Of a stretch of DNA of 64,000 bases, positions 27,801 to 42,828 are shown piece by piece. The stretch spans positions 395,312,001 to 395,376,000 of the forward strand of contig OZ024740.1 of the NCBI GenBank assembly GCA_964016885.1, read 5' to 3'. Position numbers and translations under genes: made by a program. The number at the start of each line of letters is the position of its first letter. Position 1 is the first letter of the stretch. The stretch is from Eledone cirrhosa. Its lineage: Eukaryota. Under the pieces are notes generated by a model that saw nothing but the letters and a program-made list of their open reading frames with translations, made no database searches and had not been told where the DNA came from.

Positions 27801-28632
27801 CAATATAAACAGTCTTATAAATAAATAGATACGACATACCTTTCAATCACCTTGCATTTGGGAGGTTGATTTGGTAGTAAAAAATATTGTGGACAGTTGT
27901 AAAAAGAAAGAGATAAAGAGAGAAAGAAAGAGAAACGAAGAAAAAGAAGAAATGCATGTGACTAAATAGAGGGATATAGAAAGATAGATAAGAGAAGAAC
28001 TTCATGTAAAGAAACAGAGAGAAATATATATAGAGAGAGGAAAAAAAGAAAGAGATAGATAGAGATAGATAGAGATAGATAGAGAAATTTGAAGTTGAGT
28101 ATCGGTTGATACATTTATTTATTTATTTATTTATTTATTTAGCTCTAGTATTAATGTAAAGAGAGATGTATGTAGTTAAGAGAGAAAATAGCCGTTATAT
28201 AGAGAGAAAAAAGAGAAAATGAAAAAGAGAAAATGAAACATAACCAGACATAAACGATGCAGAATTTAAAACCGCTATGTTTTATCCGTAGAAAATATTA
28301 GTTCGTATAAAACAGGCATTATAATGTAAGTACCAGTATTCATGAATGAGACATGTATCTATAATGTGTGAAAAGTAATGATCTTATGTCTAGTTTTTAA
28401 AAATTCATATGTTATATCATAATTATAAACAAACTCCCAATTCACACGAAAACATTCTCATTGTCCTATAAAAATTCAAGTATACATATATGTGTGTATA
28501 TATACACATATATATATAGAGTCTATATTAATTTTAACAATACTATTCTTGTCTTTATTCTACCTGATTGTCGATCAAGCAGAAATAGAGAGCAGACTTC
28601 AATATATTAATAAAAATAAAAATAAAAATAAA

Positions 28633-28663
<31 letters not shown>

Positions 28664-29899
28664 TATCAGAGACAAGAAAATAAATAAACAAATAAACAGA
28701 AAACTAAAACATTTAATATTAAAAATTAAAAATATTATAAAATATTAAAAAATATTAAAAAATAATACAAATAAAACACAGAGATCAGCCTTTCAAAGTT
28801 AATTGACAATATATTGCCAAGATCATCATAAGCATCAGAGTCGAAACAGATAAAACAAAAATTGTTTACCAAATCCTGTCTAGCAGAAATCATTCCAAAA
28901 GTTTAGGATACCCATTTGGTCTACATATGTTCTTATATATAATATAGAAGTTTATCTAGTTTAAAATTTAATTCGATATATTTGGAGCATCAGCTTTTAG
29001 GGTAGTTTAATTATTCATGAAGAATGTTTTAATAAAAAGAATGTTTTAATTTTTATTTTTATTTTTAAAGAATGTTTTATTTTTATTTTTATTTTTATTT
29101 TTATTAATATATTGAAATCTGCTCTCTATTTCTGCTTGATCGACAATCAGGTAGAATAAAGACAAGAATAGTATTGTTAAAATTAATATAGACTCTATAT
29201 ATATATGTGTATATATACACATATATATGTATACTTGAATTTTTATAGGACAATGAGAATGTTTTCGTGTGAATTGGGAGTTTGTTTATAATTATGATAT
29301 AAACATGAATTTTTAAAAACTAGACATAAGATCATTACTTTTCACACATTATAGATACATGTCTCACTCATGAATACTGGTACTTACATTATAATGCCTG
29401 TTTTATACGAACTAATATTTTCTACGGATAAAACATAGCGGTTTTAAATTCTGCATCGTTTATGTCTGGTTATGTTTCATTTTCTCTTTTTCATTTTCTC
29501 TTTTTCTCTCTATATAACGGCTATTTTCTCTCTTAACTACATACATCTCTCTTTACATTAATACTAGAGCTAAATAAATAAATAAATAAATAAATGTATC
29601 AACCGATACTCAACTTCCAAATTTCTCTATCTATCTCTATCTATCTCTTTCTTTTTTTCCTCTCTCTATATATATTTCTCTCTGTTTCTTTACATGAAGT
29701 TCTTCTCTTTATCTATCTTTCTATATCCCTCTATTTAGTCACATGCATTTCTTCTTTTCTTCGTTTCTCTTTCTTTCTCTCTTTATCTCTTTCTTTTTAC
29801 AACTGTCCACAATATTTTTTTACTACCAAATCAACCTCCCAAATGCAAGGTGATTGAAAGGTATGTCGTATCTATTTATTTATAAGACTGTTTATATTG

Positions 29900-29965
29900 T
29901 ATTTTGTCTGAAGATGGCATAACATATTGTTAATATGATATCTCTGAAATATATATAACGAAATA
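29900..29965 (+). ncRNA. Minimal type I hammerhead ribozyme (family B)
   Basis: tattttgt-CTGAAGA-stem II-GAAA-tatata-TA-acgaaata. Confidence 0.75.
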
Positions 29966-30033
29966 AATATGGTTTTATAAATATAGTTTCCATTTATTTA
30001 ATATCATATATATAAATATATATATATATAAAT

Positions 30034-30068
<35 letters not shown>

Positions 30069-30109
30069 AATATATATTTATATATATATATAAATATATA
30101 TATATATTT

Positions 30110-31388
<1,279 letters not shown>

Positions 31389-31404
31389 ATATATATATAT
31401 GTAA

Positions 31405-31447
<43 letters not shown>

Positions 31448-31454
31448 TATATAT

Positions 31455-31795
31455 GGAGGCACATGGCTTAATGGTTAGAGCATTGGTATTGCAATCGAAT
31501 GGTCGTGAGTTCAATCCTCAGACCGGGTTATGTGTTGTTTCCTTGAGCAAGACACTTTATTTCACATTGCTCCAGTTTAATCAGCTGTAGAAATGAGATG
31601 ATAGGGACTGGGGTCCATATCATTCCACTGCAAAGTGGTCGTGGAGGTGCCACGGCAAAAAAAAACCCAGCACTCACTGTAAATGAGGTTGGTGTTAGGA
31701 AGGGCATCCAGCTGTAGAAATCAAGCCAGAATCAGTTCCTGTCCCACCCTTGCAAGCAGGGAAAAAGTGGACGTAAAATGAAATGATGAATGATG
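31455..31795 (+). mobile_element. tRNA-derived SINE family 2 with RTE-like 3' tail
   Basis: A-box tggcttaatggttagagc, B-box gagttcaatcc, core ccttgagcaagacacttt; tail ggtgttaggaagggcatccagctgtagaaa matches the RTE 3' UTR (revcomp of ~13756-13786). Confidence 0.8.
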
Positions 31796-32048
31796 ATATA
31801 TATATATATATATATAGAAATATATATATATATAGAATTATATATTAGTAAAAGGAAAAGAAAATGCTGATGAATTGTTCCCAGTAAAAAATACTTTAAT
31901 AAGTAAAAATTAGTAATAAGTATTTAGTTTTAGTTTTAAGTTTTTACCGTTTGCGCATTTCTAATGCTTTTCAAAAATAATTTTGAGATAGAGCGCCCGT
32001 GATGTTTGCTCTAATATATATTTATATATATATTTATATATATATATA

Positions 32049-32104
<56 letters not shown>

Positions 32105-32190
32105 TATATATATATATAAACATATATATATATATGTTTATATATATATATAAACATATATATATATATATATGTTTATATATATATATA

Positions 32191-32256
<66 letters not shown>

Positions 32257-32315
32257 TATATAAATATATATATAAATATATATATATATGTTTATATATA
32301 TAAATATATATATAA

Positions 32316-32478
<163 letters not shown>

Positions 32479-32572
32479 TATATATAAATATATATAAATA
32501 TATATATAAATATATATAAATATATAATATATATAAATATATATATGTTTATATATATAAATATATATATAA

Positions 32573-32639
<67 letters not shown>

Positions 32640-32652
32640 AATATATATATAA

Positions 32653-32775
<123 letters not shown>

Positions 32776-32926
32776 AATATATATATAAATATATATAAAT
32801 ATATATAAATATATATATATATAAATATATATATATAAATATATATATAAATATATATAAATATATATAAATATATAATATATATAAATATATATATAAA
32901 TATATATAAATATATATAAATATATA

Positions 32927-32989
<63 letters not shown>

Positions 32990-32995
32990 TATATA

Positions 32996-33199
32996 CGTTA
33001 TTCCGGGTTGAATCGGAGGTAACCACAGTAAGTAAGGTACTCAATACATAGCAGAGTATAACAGTTTTAATATAGATGAGATTCTACAGGACTAGAACTG
33101 TTTCATTCATTTGAAATCATCAGGAATCCCTGAGATTCCTGATGATTTCAAATGAATGAAACAGTTCTAGTCCTGTAGAATCTCATCTATATTAAAACT
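32996..33199 (-). mobile_element. Mini palindromic PLE-type insertion (family E): 66-bp arms, 5-nt spacer, ~67-nt tail
   Basis: 33063-33128 is the perfect revcomp of 33134-33199; arms are essentially one HHR; (TA)n both sides. Confidence 0.85.
33132..33184 (+). ncRNA. Type I hammerhead ribozyme (family E); mirror copy at 33078-33128 (-)
   Basis: gagattc-CTGATGA-tttcaaatgaat-GAAA-cag-ttctagtc-ctg-TA-gaatctc; perfect 7-bp stem I, 4-bp stem III. Confidence 0.82.
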
Positions 33200-33213
33200 A
33201 TAAATATATATAT

Positions 33214-33653
<440 letters not shown>

Positions 33654-33672
33654 TATACATATATATATATAT

Positions 33673-34395
33673 AGAAATTACATGAATCAAAGTTCAGTTT
33701 AAATCATTTATTTGCTTCCAATTGTTTCCTCCAAACCGAGGTTTGGATTCTACGGAGCAACTATTTAGTGATTTTTACATACTTGACCTCCTTTTCAACA
33801 CAAGAGACATATAAAAACATATGTATATATTGACCCACAGTGGGTTGACATCCATCATAATAATATAATAATATGGCAATTTACATACATTCATATTAAA
33901 GGACAAAATTAAAGTTAAAATTAAAATTAAAATAAATAAAAATAAAAATAAAAATAAAACATTGGCAGTTTATGAAGATAAAGTAAGAGGAAAGTTTAGA
34001 GTAGTCAGTGTACGAAACAGTCTCACGTGTGGCATGCACGCGTGTCTTATTTATACAGTATTATAGTGCGGCAGATTGATACATGTAAAACAAGCAGTTA
34101 AAGCAGGCAATCAATAGCATCATGGGGTCTGTATTGTTAAAGCATTTTTCACACACACCTGTACGATATATACGTGTAAGCCCGTTTGTAGAGAAACACC
34201 AAAAATATAACAAATGTAACAAATGAGAAGAAAAACAGCACCACTGTCCTCGCACCCACCACCACTCACACAATCCTGGAAACGCAATTTATATACTACA
34301 TGTCCATTATACAATCCATGATGATTCGACATTGGGTGTCCGGTGAACCATGATACACTTCGATTCATAGATCAGGCTGTTTTTGTTCTGAGAGA
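33673..34395 (-). mobile_element. Diverged PLE A-related 3' region with degenerate HHR (~33712-33759)
   Basis: Collinear homology to ~21550-22200 (e.g. tccaaacctcggtttgga stem, tgtctcttg.g.tgaaaaggaggtca, tgccacac, tcgaatc.tc.tggatt); 3' end at (TA)n. Confidence 0.8.
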
Positions 34396-34811
34396 TGACA
34401 TTGTATTATATTACAATATATCTGGTACTTTATCGACCCTGTAAGGATGAAAGGCAAAACTAACCTCGGCAGGATTTGAACTCAGATCATAAAGGACTGT
34501 AACTATGCCGTGAAGCAAGTTATCCGACCCTCTACCAATACAATAACCACAACAATAATGATAATGATAATGGTTAATTATATAGACACAAGGCCAGCAA
34601 TTTTGGGGAGGGGAAAGTCAATTAAATCGACACCAGTACGTGACTAGTACTTTATTTTATCAACCCTGTAAGGATGAAAGGCAAAGTTAATCTTAGCAGG
34701 ATTTGAACTCAGAACGTAAAGGGATGTAACTATGTCATGAAGCATGTTATCCGACACTCTACCGATATAACAACAACAACAGTTATAATAATAATAACAA
34801 TGAAGATGATG

Positions 34812-35597
34812 ATGATTTCTTTATTAACCACACAGGGCTCACATTAAGAAAATATTATCGATAACACAGTATAATGCAGTGTAAGTCTTTTGTGTGGGAA
34901 AAAGGTTACATCAAAAACAAAAAAAAAAAAAACATTTTAAAATCAAACAAACAAAACAAATTCCCCTATAGGAAGAGACCTCCGAGGTTCACTCATGGTG
35001 AAAGCCCACAAAAATCACCCTGGTCACCCTGATCATTAGTTGTCCTCCTCAAATTTGCATATCCAGAGCAGGCCCCTTCACTTGAACCATGATCACCACT
35101 CTCACTCATCTTTCAACAAACTGGTTGAAAGGTAGTACTTCCCTCTCCACCCTGATTTTCCTCTTCAAGTGAAACCTGAAAAAGTTAATCAAGGCTTTGC
35201 CGAAGAGGAATGTGTTTGCTTGTCTTCAAACTTTTCAAATGTGTCCACTACATGACCTCCCTCGCCATGGCACCCAGGCAGATAAAACCTGCCTGACCTT
35301 CCTGGCTAAAGGAAGGCAGTGGGACAATGTTCACAATGGACTCATCTGATGGCTGGATTCATTCTACATGTGCATATCTCAGACAGGTACTATTGATGGC
35401 ACTTCCATGCCTGTAGAGTTTATCTTACAGTAGTAATGCTTTTCAGTAGCACTGCCATGCCAGAGATCTCTGGAAGTTATTCATGGGCCCTGGACAGAAA
35501 GTCTTTCGGAAAAGAATGGCTGGTTGATTTTCATTAATGGCCAGAGTCTCCAAAGAACATCATCGGTTTTACCAGCCACTAACCTTCTATAGAACAC
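34812..35597 (-). mobile_element. Decayed 3' fragment of the Tx1-like LINE family
   Basis: cagtagcactgccatgccagagatctctggaagtt matches ~59087-59125; shares the 3' terminus gatttct(g)tttatt. Confidence 0.8.
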
Positions 35598-35884
35598 AAT
35601 AATATAATAATTTATAATAATAGTAATAATAATAGTGATGATGATGTTTTTTTAAAACTGTAACTGATTTTTGTATACAGATATATTTCGTTAGCAAGTG
35701 AAGTGTATAAATATATTTTACGTTTGAAAGCATTAGCTATTTCATTGTCTGAATATATAAAATGCTGTAGTTTCAATTTCAATTTATTGAGAATGAAATT
35801 AGAATCACAAATATAATTACAAATGTAAATAGAATATAGACTTCAAAGACAAATGAGTAAGTCATGGTTGTAGTTTTAGCAGTG

Positions 35885-36085
35885 AACGTTTACATTACTC
35901 TATATACACTATTGTATTTTTGTGGTAAAGGCTTTATCTTACATAATATCAAATGTTCGAGATTTTGAAGTTATTTATTTTGAGAACAATACCTTAACGT
36001 CAGTACAAGCGGCCAGCTACAGCCAATTTGGACAGAAAGAGGTGAGAGAATTCTGGCCGGATATGGCTGGTTTAAATGTTAAATA
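35885..36085. mobile_element. Degenerate reversed copy of the piggyBac-like MITE
   Basis: Revcomp similarity to 37377-37583 (ttttgagaacaataccttaac, gagaattctggccgg). Confidence 0.65.
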
Positions 36086-36835
36086 TAGGTTTGAAAGCAG
36101 AGGCAGTGCTGAGGAGTTCCAGCTAGAACTTATCAACAAAATGTCCATACGGTTTAAATACACAAGTTTCCAATATTCATGTGGCTAAATGTCAGCAGAA
36201 GGGCACACAGGAGCCATGACCTGAGTGTGGCCTGGCCCACTTAGAGTGTTAGAAGTTAAGGGCCGAGGTGGGGTGGGCAGTTTCTTCTCTGAAAACTTGT
36301 TGTCCAGCTCTCCTGAGAGTTTCCTACCACTAATTTTTTTTAAATACTGCAGTCGTAAATTCTTTAATCCTACTCAGTTTCAGATTTTAAAAAAATGGAT
36401 TTTTTTTTTATTAAATAAAGGTTCATTTATTTTCGTTTCAGATATAATTTATTTAGGACTAAATTAGTCAATAGGGTGTTATATGAGAAACAATTGGTTG
36501 CTGTTTCTAGCAGTTTGAGCTATTATTCTTATTAATAAACAATTCCTTTTCTCAAGCCAATAAGGAAATCCTTATCCAGTCACTTGCCCTCCTAGAAATA
36601 GCAACCAAATCTGGCTTAAGTTGTATTTAAAGTAGAACTTGAGTGAGATTTAAAAGGGCACATCAGACAATGTTGTCATATTAAAACTTTTAAAAATTAA
36701 TGCTTATGGGTGCTCATAGGTCTGCTTAAATCAAGACTGAGTTGCTACTTGACAACATAAACAACAACCTTCTATCTTCTTTAAAATAAGACGAAATACT
36801 TAACATCAATTTCAGCTGTTTTACCTGTAAAAAAA

Positions 36836-37316
36836 GGAGTTGCTAGGGTCATAGTTACAACCCCTCGAGGTGCTAGGGTCATAGTTACAACCCCTCGAGG
36901 TGCTAGGGTCATAGTTACAACCCCTCGAGGTGCTAGGGACATAGTTACAACCCCTCGAGGTGCTAGGGTCATAGTTAGAACCCCTCGAGGTGCTAGGGTC
37001 ATAGTTAGAACCCCTCGAGGTGCTAGGAACATAGTTACAACCCCTCGAGGTGCTAGGAACATAGTTACAACCCCTCGAGGTGCTAGGGACATAGTTACAA
37101 CCCCTCGAGGTGCTAGGGACATAGTTACAACCCCTCGAGGTGCTAGGGGCATAGTTACAACCCCTCGAGGTGCTAGGGGCATAGTTACAACCCCTCGAGG
37201 TGCTAGGGGCATAGTTACAACCCCTCGAGGTGCTAGGGACATAGTTACAACCCCTCGACGTGCTAGGGACATAGTTACAACCCCTCGACGTGCTAGGGAC
37301 ATAGCTACAACCCCTC
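36836..37316. repeat. 30-bp minisatellite, 16 units
   Basis: (tgctagggacatagttacaacccctcgagg)n, no indels, clustered variants. Confidence 0.97.
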
Positions 37317-37376
37317 CTCTTACACTTCTAACTACCTTATAAAAAAAAACGCCTTTGGTTTCAGTGGTTTGTTTAA

Positions 37377-37583
37377 CCCTTTAATGTTCAAACCGGCCAA
37401 AACCGGCCAGCATTCTCTACCTCTTTCTGTTGAAACTGGCTGAAACTGGTCGCTCAAACTGATGTTAAGGTATTGTTCTCAAAATAAATACTTTCAAAAT
37501 CTCATAGATTCGATATTACGTGAGGTAAAGCCTTTACCATGAAAATATAATAGTAAATATAGAGTAATGTGAATGCTAAAGGG
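37377..37583. mobile_element. piggyBac-like MITE with intact TTAA TSDs
   Basis: ttaa|ccctttaatgttca ... tgaatgctaaaggg|ttaa. Confidence 0.8.
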
Positions 37584-37987
37584 TTAAACACACACACATA
37601 CACACAAATGCACATACACACACTATACTTCCCCACAGATGGCTGACTGAGTCCATGAGAGAGCTTCTACAGGAACCCCTATATGGTCACCAGACCTGTT
37701 AGAAATAGCAGCCAAATTTCCCTCAAATTGCACTCTACTACGACCTTAGAAAAGGATACAGTGGATAATGTGATCTTGGATTTTCTGCATATCGGAAATA
37801 AATGGGTCAGGGTCAGGTCATGACTGGAACCCTTCAATCACAGGCTGTCCTGTGAGTTAAACAATAACAGAGTACATGTGTTTATGCACAGAGTGGTTCT
37901 CAGCTTGGTGTAGGTACACAACATCTGGAGTACTGTATCTGTGGTCATTCAACCAAATCCCTAGGTAGTCTCAGTAAAGTCACCAAC

Positions 37988-38178
37988 AAGATTTTCCCAA
38001 TATTTCAAATTAGCATCCACCTATTTTAAGTATTAAAACATCTGTCCCCCATTCTTTTCTGATTGCAGCACAGTTGTTTTAAAGCTATTCTCTTCTTAAA
38101 GTATAAGGGTTAACCTTGTATTCCCCTTGGCAGGCACACACACGAGTGGATGCTAATTTGAAATATTGGGAAAATCTT
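37988..38178. repeat. Perfect 33-bp inverted repeat with 125-bp spacer
   Basis: aagattttcccaatatttcaaattagcatccac (37988-38020) / gtggatgctaatttgaaatattgggaaaatctt (38146-38178). Confidence 0.85.
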
Positions 38179-38574
38179 ATCAACAGAGGTCTAATAAACC
38201 CTAAACATGCCCATTGCTTTCACCAGTTGTCACATTCATTGCAGCCTGCATTATCTATAGGGAAGTGAATTGGCAGTATCGGTAGAGGGTCGGACGCCAT
38301 GCTTTCCAGCATAGTTACGTCCGTTTACGATCTGAGTTCAAATCCCGCTGAGGTTAACTTTGCCTTTCATCCTTACGGGATCGATAAAATAAAGTACCAG
38401 TAATGTACTGGTTAATTGCTGGTCTTGTGCCAAAAGTAGAAGCAATTATCTATAGAGTTTCTACAATTCTCTATCAATCAAGTTCTTGCAACTGGTGCCA
38501 CCAGTTGTTTGGAATGCCACTTTAGACATTATGGTATTTTGACGTTTCAGTGGGCTTTAGAAAATCTTGACAGT

Positions 38575-39300
38575 GCACATTCCTATCAACTAATATTATC
38601 ATAATTTCTATCAACTAATAATATCACTCATTCCTATCAACTAATATTATCATAATTTCTATCAACTAATACATTTCTATCAATTTATCACTTATTCCTA
38701 TTAACTAATATTATCATAATTTCTAAATAAAGTACCAATAATGCACTGGGATAATTGCTGGCCTGGTGCCAAAAGTAGAAACAATTATCATAATTTCTAT
38801 AAACTAATATTATCACACATTTCTATCAACTTATCACACATTCCTATCAAATATTATCACATATTTCTATCAACTTATCACTCATTTCAATCAACTAATA
38901 TCACACATTCCTATCAACTAATATTATCACACATTCCTATCAACTAATATTATCACACATTTCTATCAACTAATATTATCACCCATTCCTATTAATTAAT
39001 ATTATCACACATTTCTATCAACTTATCACACATTCCTATCAACTTATCACACATTCCTATCAACTTATCACACTTTTCTATCAACTTATATTAACACTCA
39101 TTTCTATCAACTTATCACACATTTCTATCAACTTGTATTATCACACATTTCTATCAACTTGTATTATCACACATTTCTATCAACTTGTATTATCACACAT
39201 TTCTATCAATTTGTATTATCACACATTTCTATCAATTTGTATTATCACACATTTCTATCAATTTGTATTATCACACATTTCTATCAATTTGTATTATCAC
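38575..39300. repeat. 18-24-bp minisatellite (tattatcacacatttctatcaact..) with an embedded SINE 3' fragment at ~38725-38788
   Basis: Direct reading. Confidence 0.92.
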
Positions 39301-39340
39301 TTGCTGTTTTCAGATTTTCAACACTCCTAATTCCATGTGA

Positions 39341-39680
39341 AGGCGCATGGCTTAGCAATTAGAGCATCGGGCTTACAATTGTAAGGTTGTGAGTTCAATT
39401 CTCAGACCGGGCTTTGCATTGTGTTCTTGAGCAAGACACTTTATTTTCACATTGCTCCAGTTCACTCAGCTGTAGAAATGAATTGCGATGTCACTGGTGC
39501 CTAGATCTATCAGCCTTTGCCTTTCCTTGGACAACACCGGTGATATGGAGATGGGGAACTGGTACGCACGAATGTATGCTGGTTGTCCACAAACAACCTT
39601 GCCTGGACTTGTGCCTCGGAGGGGAACTTACTTTGTGCAAATCCCATGGTCATTCATGACCGAAGGAGGTCTTTATCTTT
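39341..39680 (+). mobile_element. tRNA-derived SINE family 2
   Basis: Same head and core as 31455; another copy at ~53830-53970 (-). Confidence 0.75.
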
Positions 39681-39919
39681 ATTAATTGCTTGGATAATCT
39701 CAGTTGATTGATGTTTTTCAACTCACTATAATATATATATGAGTCCCTACTGAGTGTATATTTGTGTATGTGTTTGTATTACTGCTTAGTGCAAGAATTC
39801 TTGGAGACTTGTAAGAGGGGGAGAGGAAAGAAGGTTTCCTCAGATACCAGAGACCTGGCCCAACTGCTTGCAAATAAGGCACTCAAGAACTAGCTGGGGG
39901 TGTTAAACCAGGCAAAAAT

Positions 39920-40160
39920 CTACCAGCCGTAATAATACTAAGAAGAAATTGAGAAATTGAGAAGTATATAAATCTGGAAATAGAAATACCCAAAATGCAG
40001 AGATTGAAAACACACAACCCGTGTAATAATAGATGCCTCAGAAATGATTAAATAACATGCTGACAAATTCGTAACCAAAACCCAGGTCTTCTACATACAC
40101 ACAGCATACAGAAAATAGTACTAATTGCACACGTTATGTAGAATAATTCTTATACAAACG
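39920..40160 (+). mobile_element. Degenerate C-terminal remnant of an R4/Dong-type (REL endonuclease) LINE
   Basis: Frameshifted EKL.KY.NLEIEI.KM..LKT...VII.A..MIK...DKF...PG...SIQKIVL pattern. Confidence 0.55.
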
Positions 40161-40853
40161 AAAATACATACTCAAGTTACACAAAACTATGTTCAGTTGT
40201 GCAGTGAAAGATTGTCGTGAAAAACTAAAAATTTAAAAGGTGGTTTAGAAAGCAGATGGATTTGTAAGTTAAGAGGTAACTCATTATTTTTCGTTTTGCA
40301 TCAATCTGAAGCTGATAACCCTATTTTTGATTTTCATCAACACACACACACAATCTACCTTGTGTCAGTGATCTATACGATAAATACATCCTGTATACTC
40401 TGTAAAGTGGTTGATATTAGGTAGGGCATCCAGCCATAGAAAACCTGCAAAACAAAAGGGCGGGAGGAGGACTCTTCAACTGTGTCAAAGACATGAGAAC
40501 CTCCCTGGTGCTGGTGCCACTATAAAATGCACTCAGCAAAGCACAGGAACGCAAGCAAAATGCAGGCCACCCAGCAAGCTCTGCTTGAGTACTGACATAG
40601 TTTGTGACGACCCATTCAAACCTTGCTAGCAAGGAAAACAAACGTTAGATGATATATATAGGTGTGTATGCGTATTTGTATAAACAGTTTAATTCAAAAT
40701 TGCATTACGTAAAGTTCTACTGGATCGAGAAAATATTCTGTGAAACTTGTTACACAAAACTTGTATATCCATAGAGATATACACACACATACATATACTT
40801 ATAAATCGATAGATATACATTCGTAAACATTCAAATAGATATGCATATATATA

Positions 40854-41158
40854 CAGTTGTTCCCGGTATTCGCGTAAGCTACGTTACTAGATCACCCGCG
40901 AAGAGTGAAAACCCGCGAATATTGGACGTGATCCATAAAAATTCCTATAAATGTCAAAACAACGTAAAATATAGGCCGGCAAATACGGTATATTGTTATT
41001 AATAATTTAGTATTAAAAAGCGTGAAAAAATATATATTGCCACGAAAAAAAGGCATTAAAAAATCGCGGAAGATATTTACGATTCCGCGAACAATTATTA
41101 ATTAGGTTCTAAAGAAAATTCCGCGAATAACCAGAACCTCGAATGCCGGGGGTACACT
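40854..41158. mobile_element. Tigger/pogo-like MITE
   Basis: Imperfect TIRs cagttgttcccggtattcgcg / revcomp tagtgtacccccggcattcgag, TA flanks, internal ccgcgaa subrepeats. Confidence 0.6.
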
Positions 41159-41167
41159 ATATATATC

Positions 41168-41226
<59 letters not shown>

Positions 41227-41824
41227 TATCTACCTGTTGAGTTGCAGTGCACTTTCAGTGATTAAATATTTCACTAAGCTGAACTAAAATTATACACGGT
41301 GTCGGATCTAGTAAAGTCTTACTCTCGATCAGCCAAAATAAACTACAACGCACTATGTTGACATTGAGTACTCCATCTCCACTTGTTCTTTAAAAGTAAC
41401 GGATGTATTCATGCATAATACTACAGAGAAGCACACACACACTGGGGCGGATTAAACTAGTGCGAGGCTTCTGGCTGAACATATCGGTACCCTTACGCAT
41501 TATGGCCCTTTCCATTCTGAGTTCAAATCCCGCCGAAGTTAACTTTGTCTTTCATCTTTACGGGGTCGATGAAATAAAGTACCAGTAATGCACTGGTTAA
41601 TTTGCTGGCCTTGTGCCAAAAAGTAGAAACAATTATATATGGGACCAAAAACTTAATTTGGGGCCCAGTCACCTCACCCCACCTCCTTTATAAACCGTCA
41701 CAACACACTTTGTTTTGTTTCATTTATTAACTATATATATAAAGAGAGAGAGAGACAGTTACCACTTTAGACTAGTAAGCCCATGTTCAACTAAGTACTC
41801 AATACTTGGGAAACTATATATACA

Positions 41825-41923
41825 CAGTGTGTCCAAAAAAATGTATACACACTTCAAGAGCATTCTAATAAATATTGCCTGTACAGGTAATCAAAGTATG
41901 TATACATTTTGGGGGGCACCCTG
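41825..41923. mobile_element. Tiny Tc1/mariner-type MITE
   Basis: cagtgtgtccaaaaaaatgtatacac / revcomp cagggtgccccccaaaatgtatacat. Confidence 0.55.
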
Positions 41924-42619
41924 TATACACACACACACACACATATATATATATAATATATATATAGGAAAAGAGTCAGGAACCCGACGGCTGAGCTCCG
42001 GCCGTTCAACAGCTAGATCCCACTCTACTACCCTAAGTATTGAGTACTCTGGTGCGTTATGGTCCATCTGGTTCCTTACCTCAATTCCTTTGTTATATAT
42101 ATATATATATATATATATTCTAATCTTCGGGCTAGTCTTTTAGTATTTAATATACCAACATAATCTTTTCTCTGTTAAATGTAGTAACTACGTAGTACAA
42201 CGTAATTATACTTGTGTTGACATGCATTTCCTGCCGCATGTTTTTATATATTTATATATATATATATGTCAACACCACCAAACAGACGAACCCATCTATA
42301 TACAATACACACAGATATCGATTCATAAACTATCAACACACGCGCACACCTTCACTATCTCGTTTACATTCTCACTTGTAAAGTCACACACGCGCATATA
42401 CTCATTCATAAAGCCACTTCTTAGAATACGAACTGAATACCAAACCTAACTAAAACCAACTGTGCCAAACATCCGACTCCGTTCTTATTTTATAACCAAA
42501 ACATTGTATAATTACGTGCATGCGTGTATGCCAGTGTCGAGTAGATTATGTCAGCTGTCTGGTGGTGTTGATAACAGAAATAGTAGCAATAATAGTACCA
42601 CTACTGTTGCTCGTAGTAT

Positions 42620-42642
42620 AAATAGTAGTAGTAGTAGAAGTG

Positions 42643-42736
<94 letters not shown>

Positions 42737-42771
42737 CTGTTGTTGTAATAGTAGCTGTTGTAGTAGCAATT

Positions 42772-42828
<57 letters not shown>

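Larger units (their letters stand above)
27601..30008 (-). mobile_element. Large ORF-less fold-back PLE family B insertion (~930-bp arms, ~430-bp spacer, ~90-nt tail)
   Basis: 27601-29040 is a diverged revcomp of the PLE B 3' region (25770-27131) plus tail; 29077-30008 is a near-perfect revcomp of 27692-28640. Confidence 0.9.

Noticed and set aside
31455-31530. tRNA gene
   Set aside because: A/B boxes present but no acceptor stem, and followed by a SINE core; it is a SINE head
36781-37302. 173-aa repeat ORF / CRISPR-like array
   Set aside because: Head-to-tail minisatellite without spacers; no cas genes; eukaryotic context
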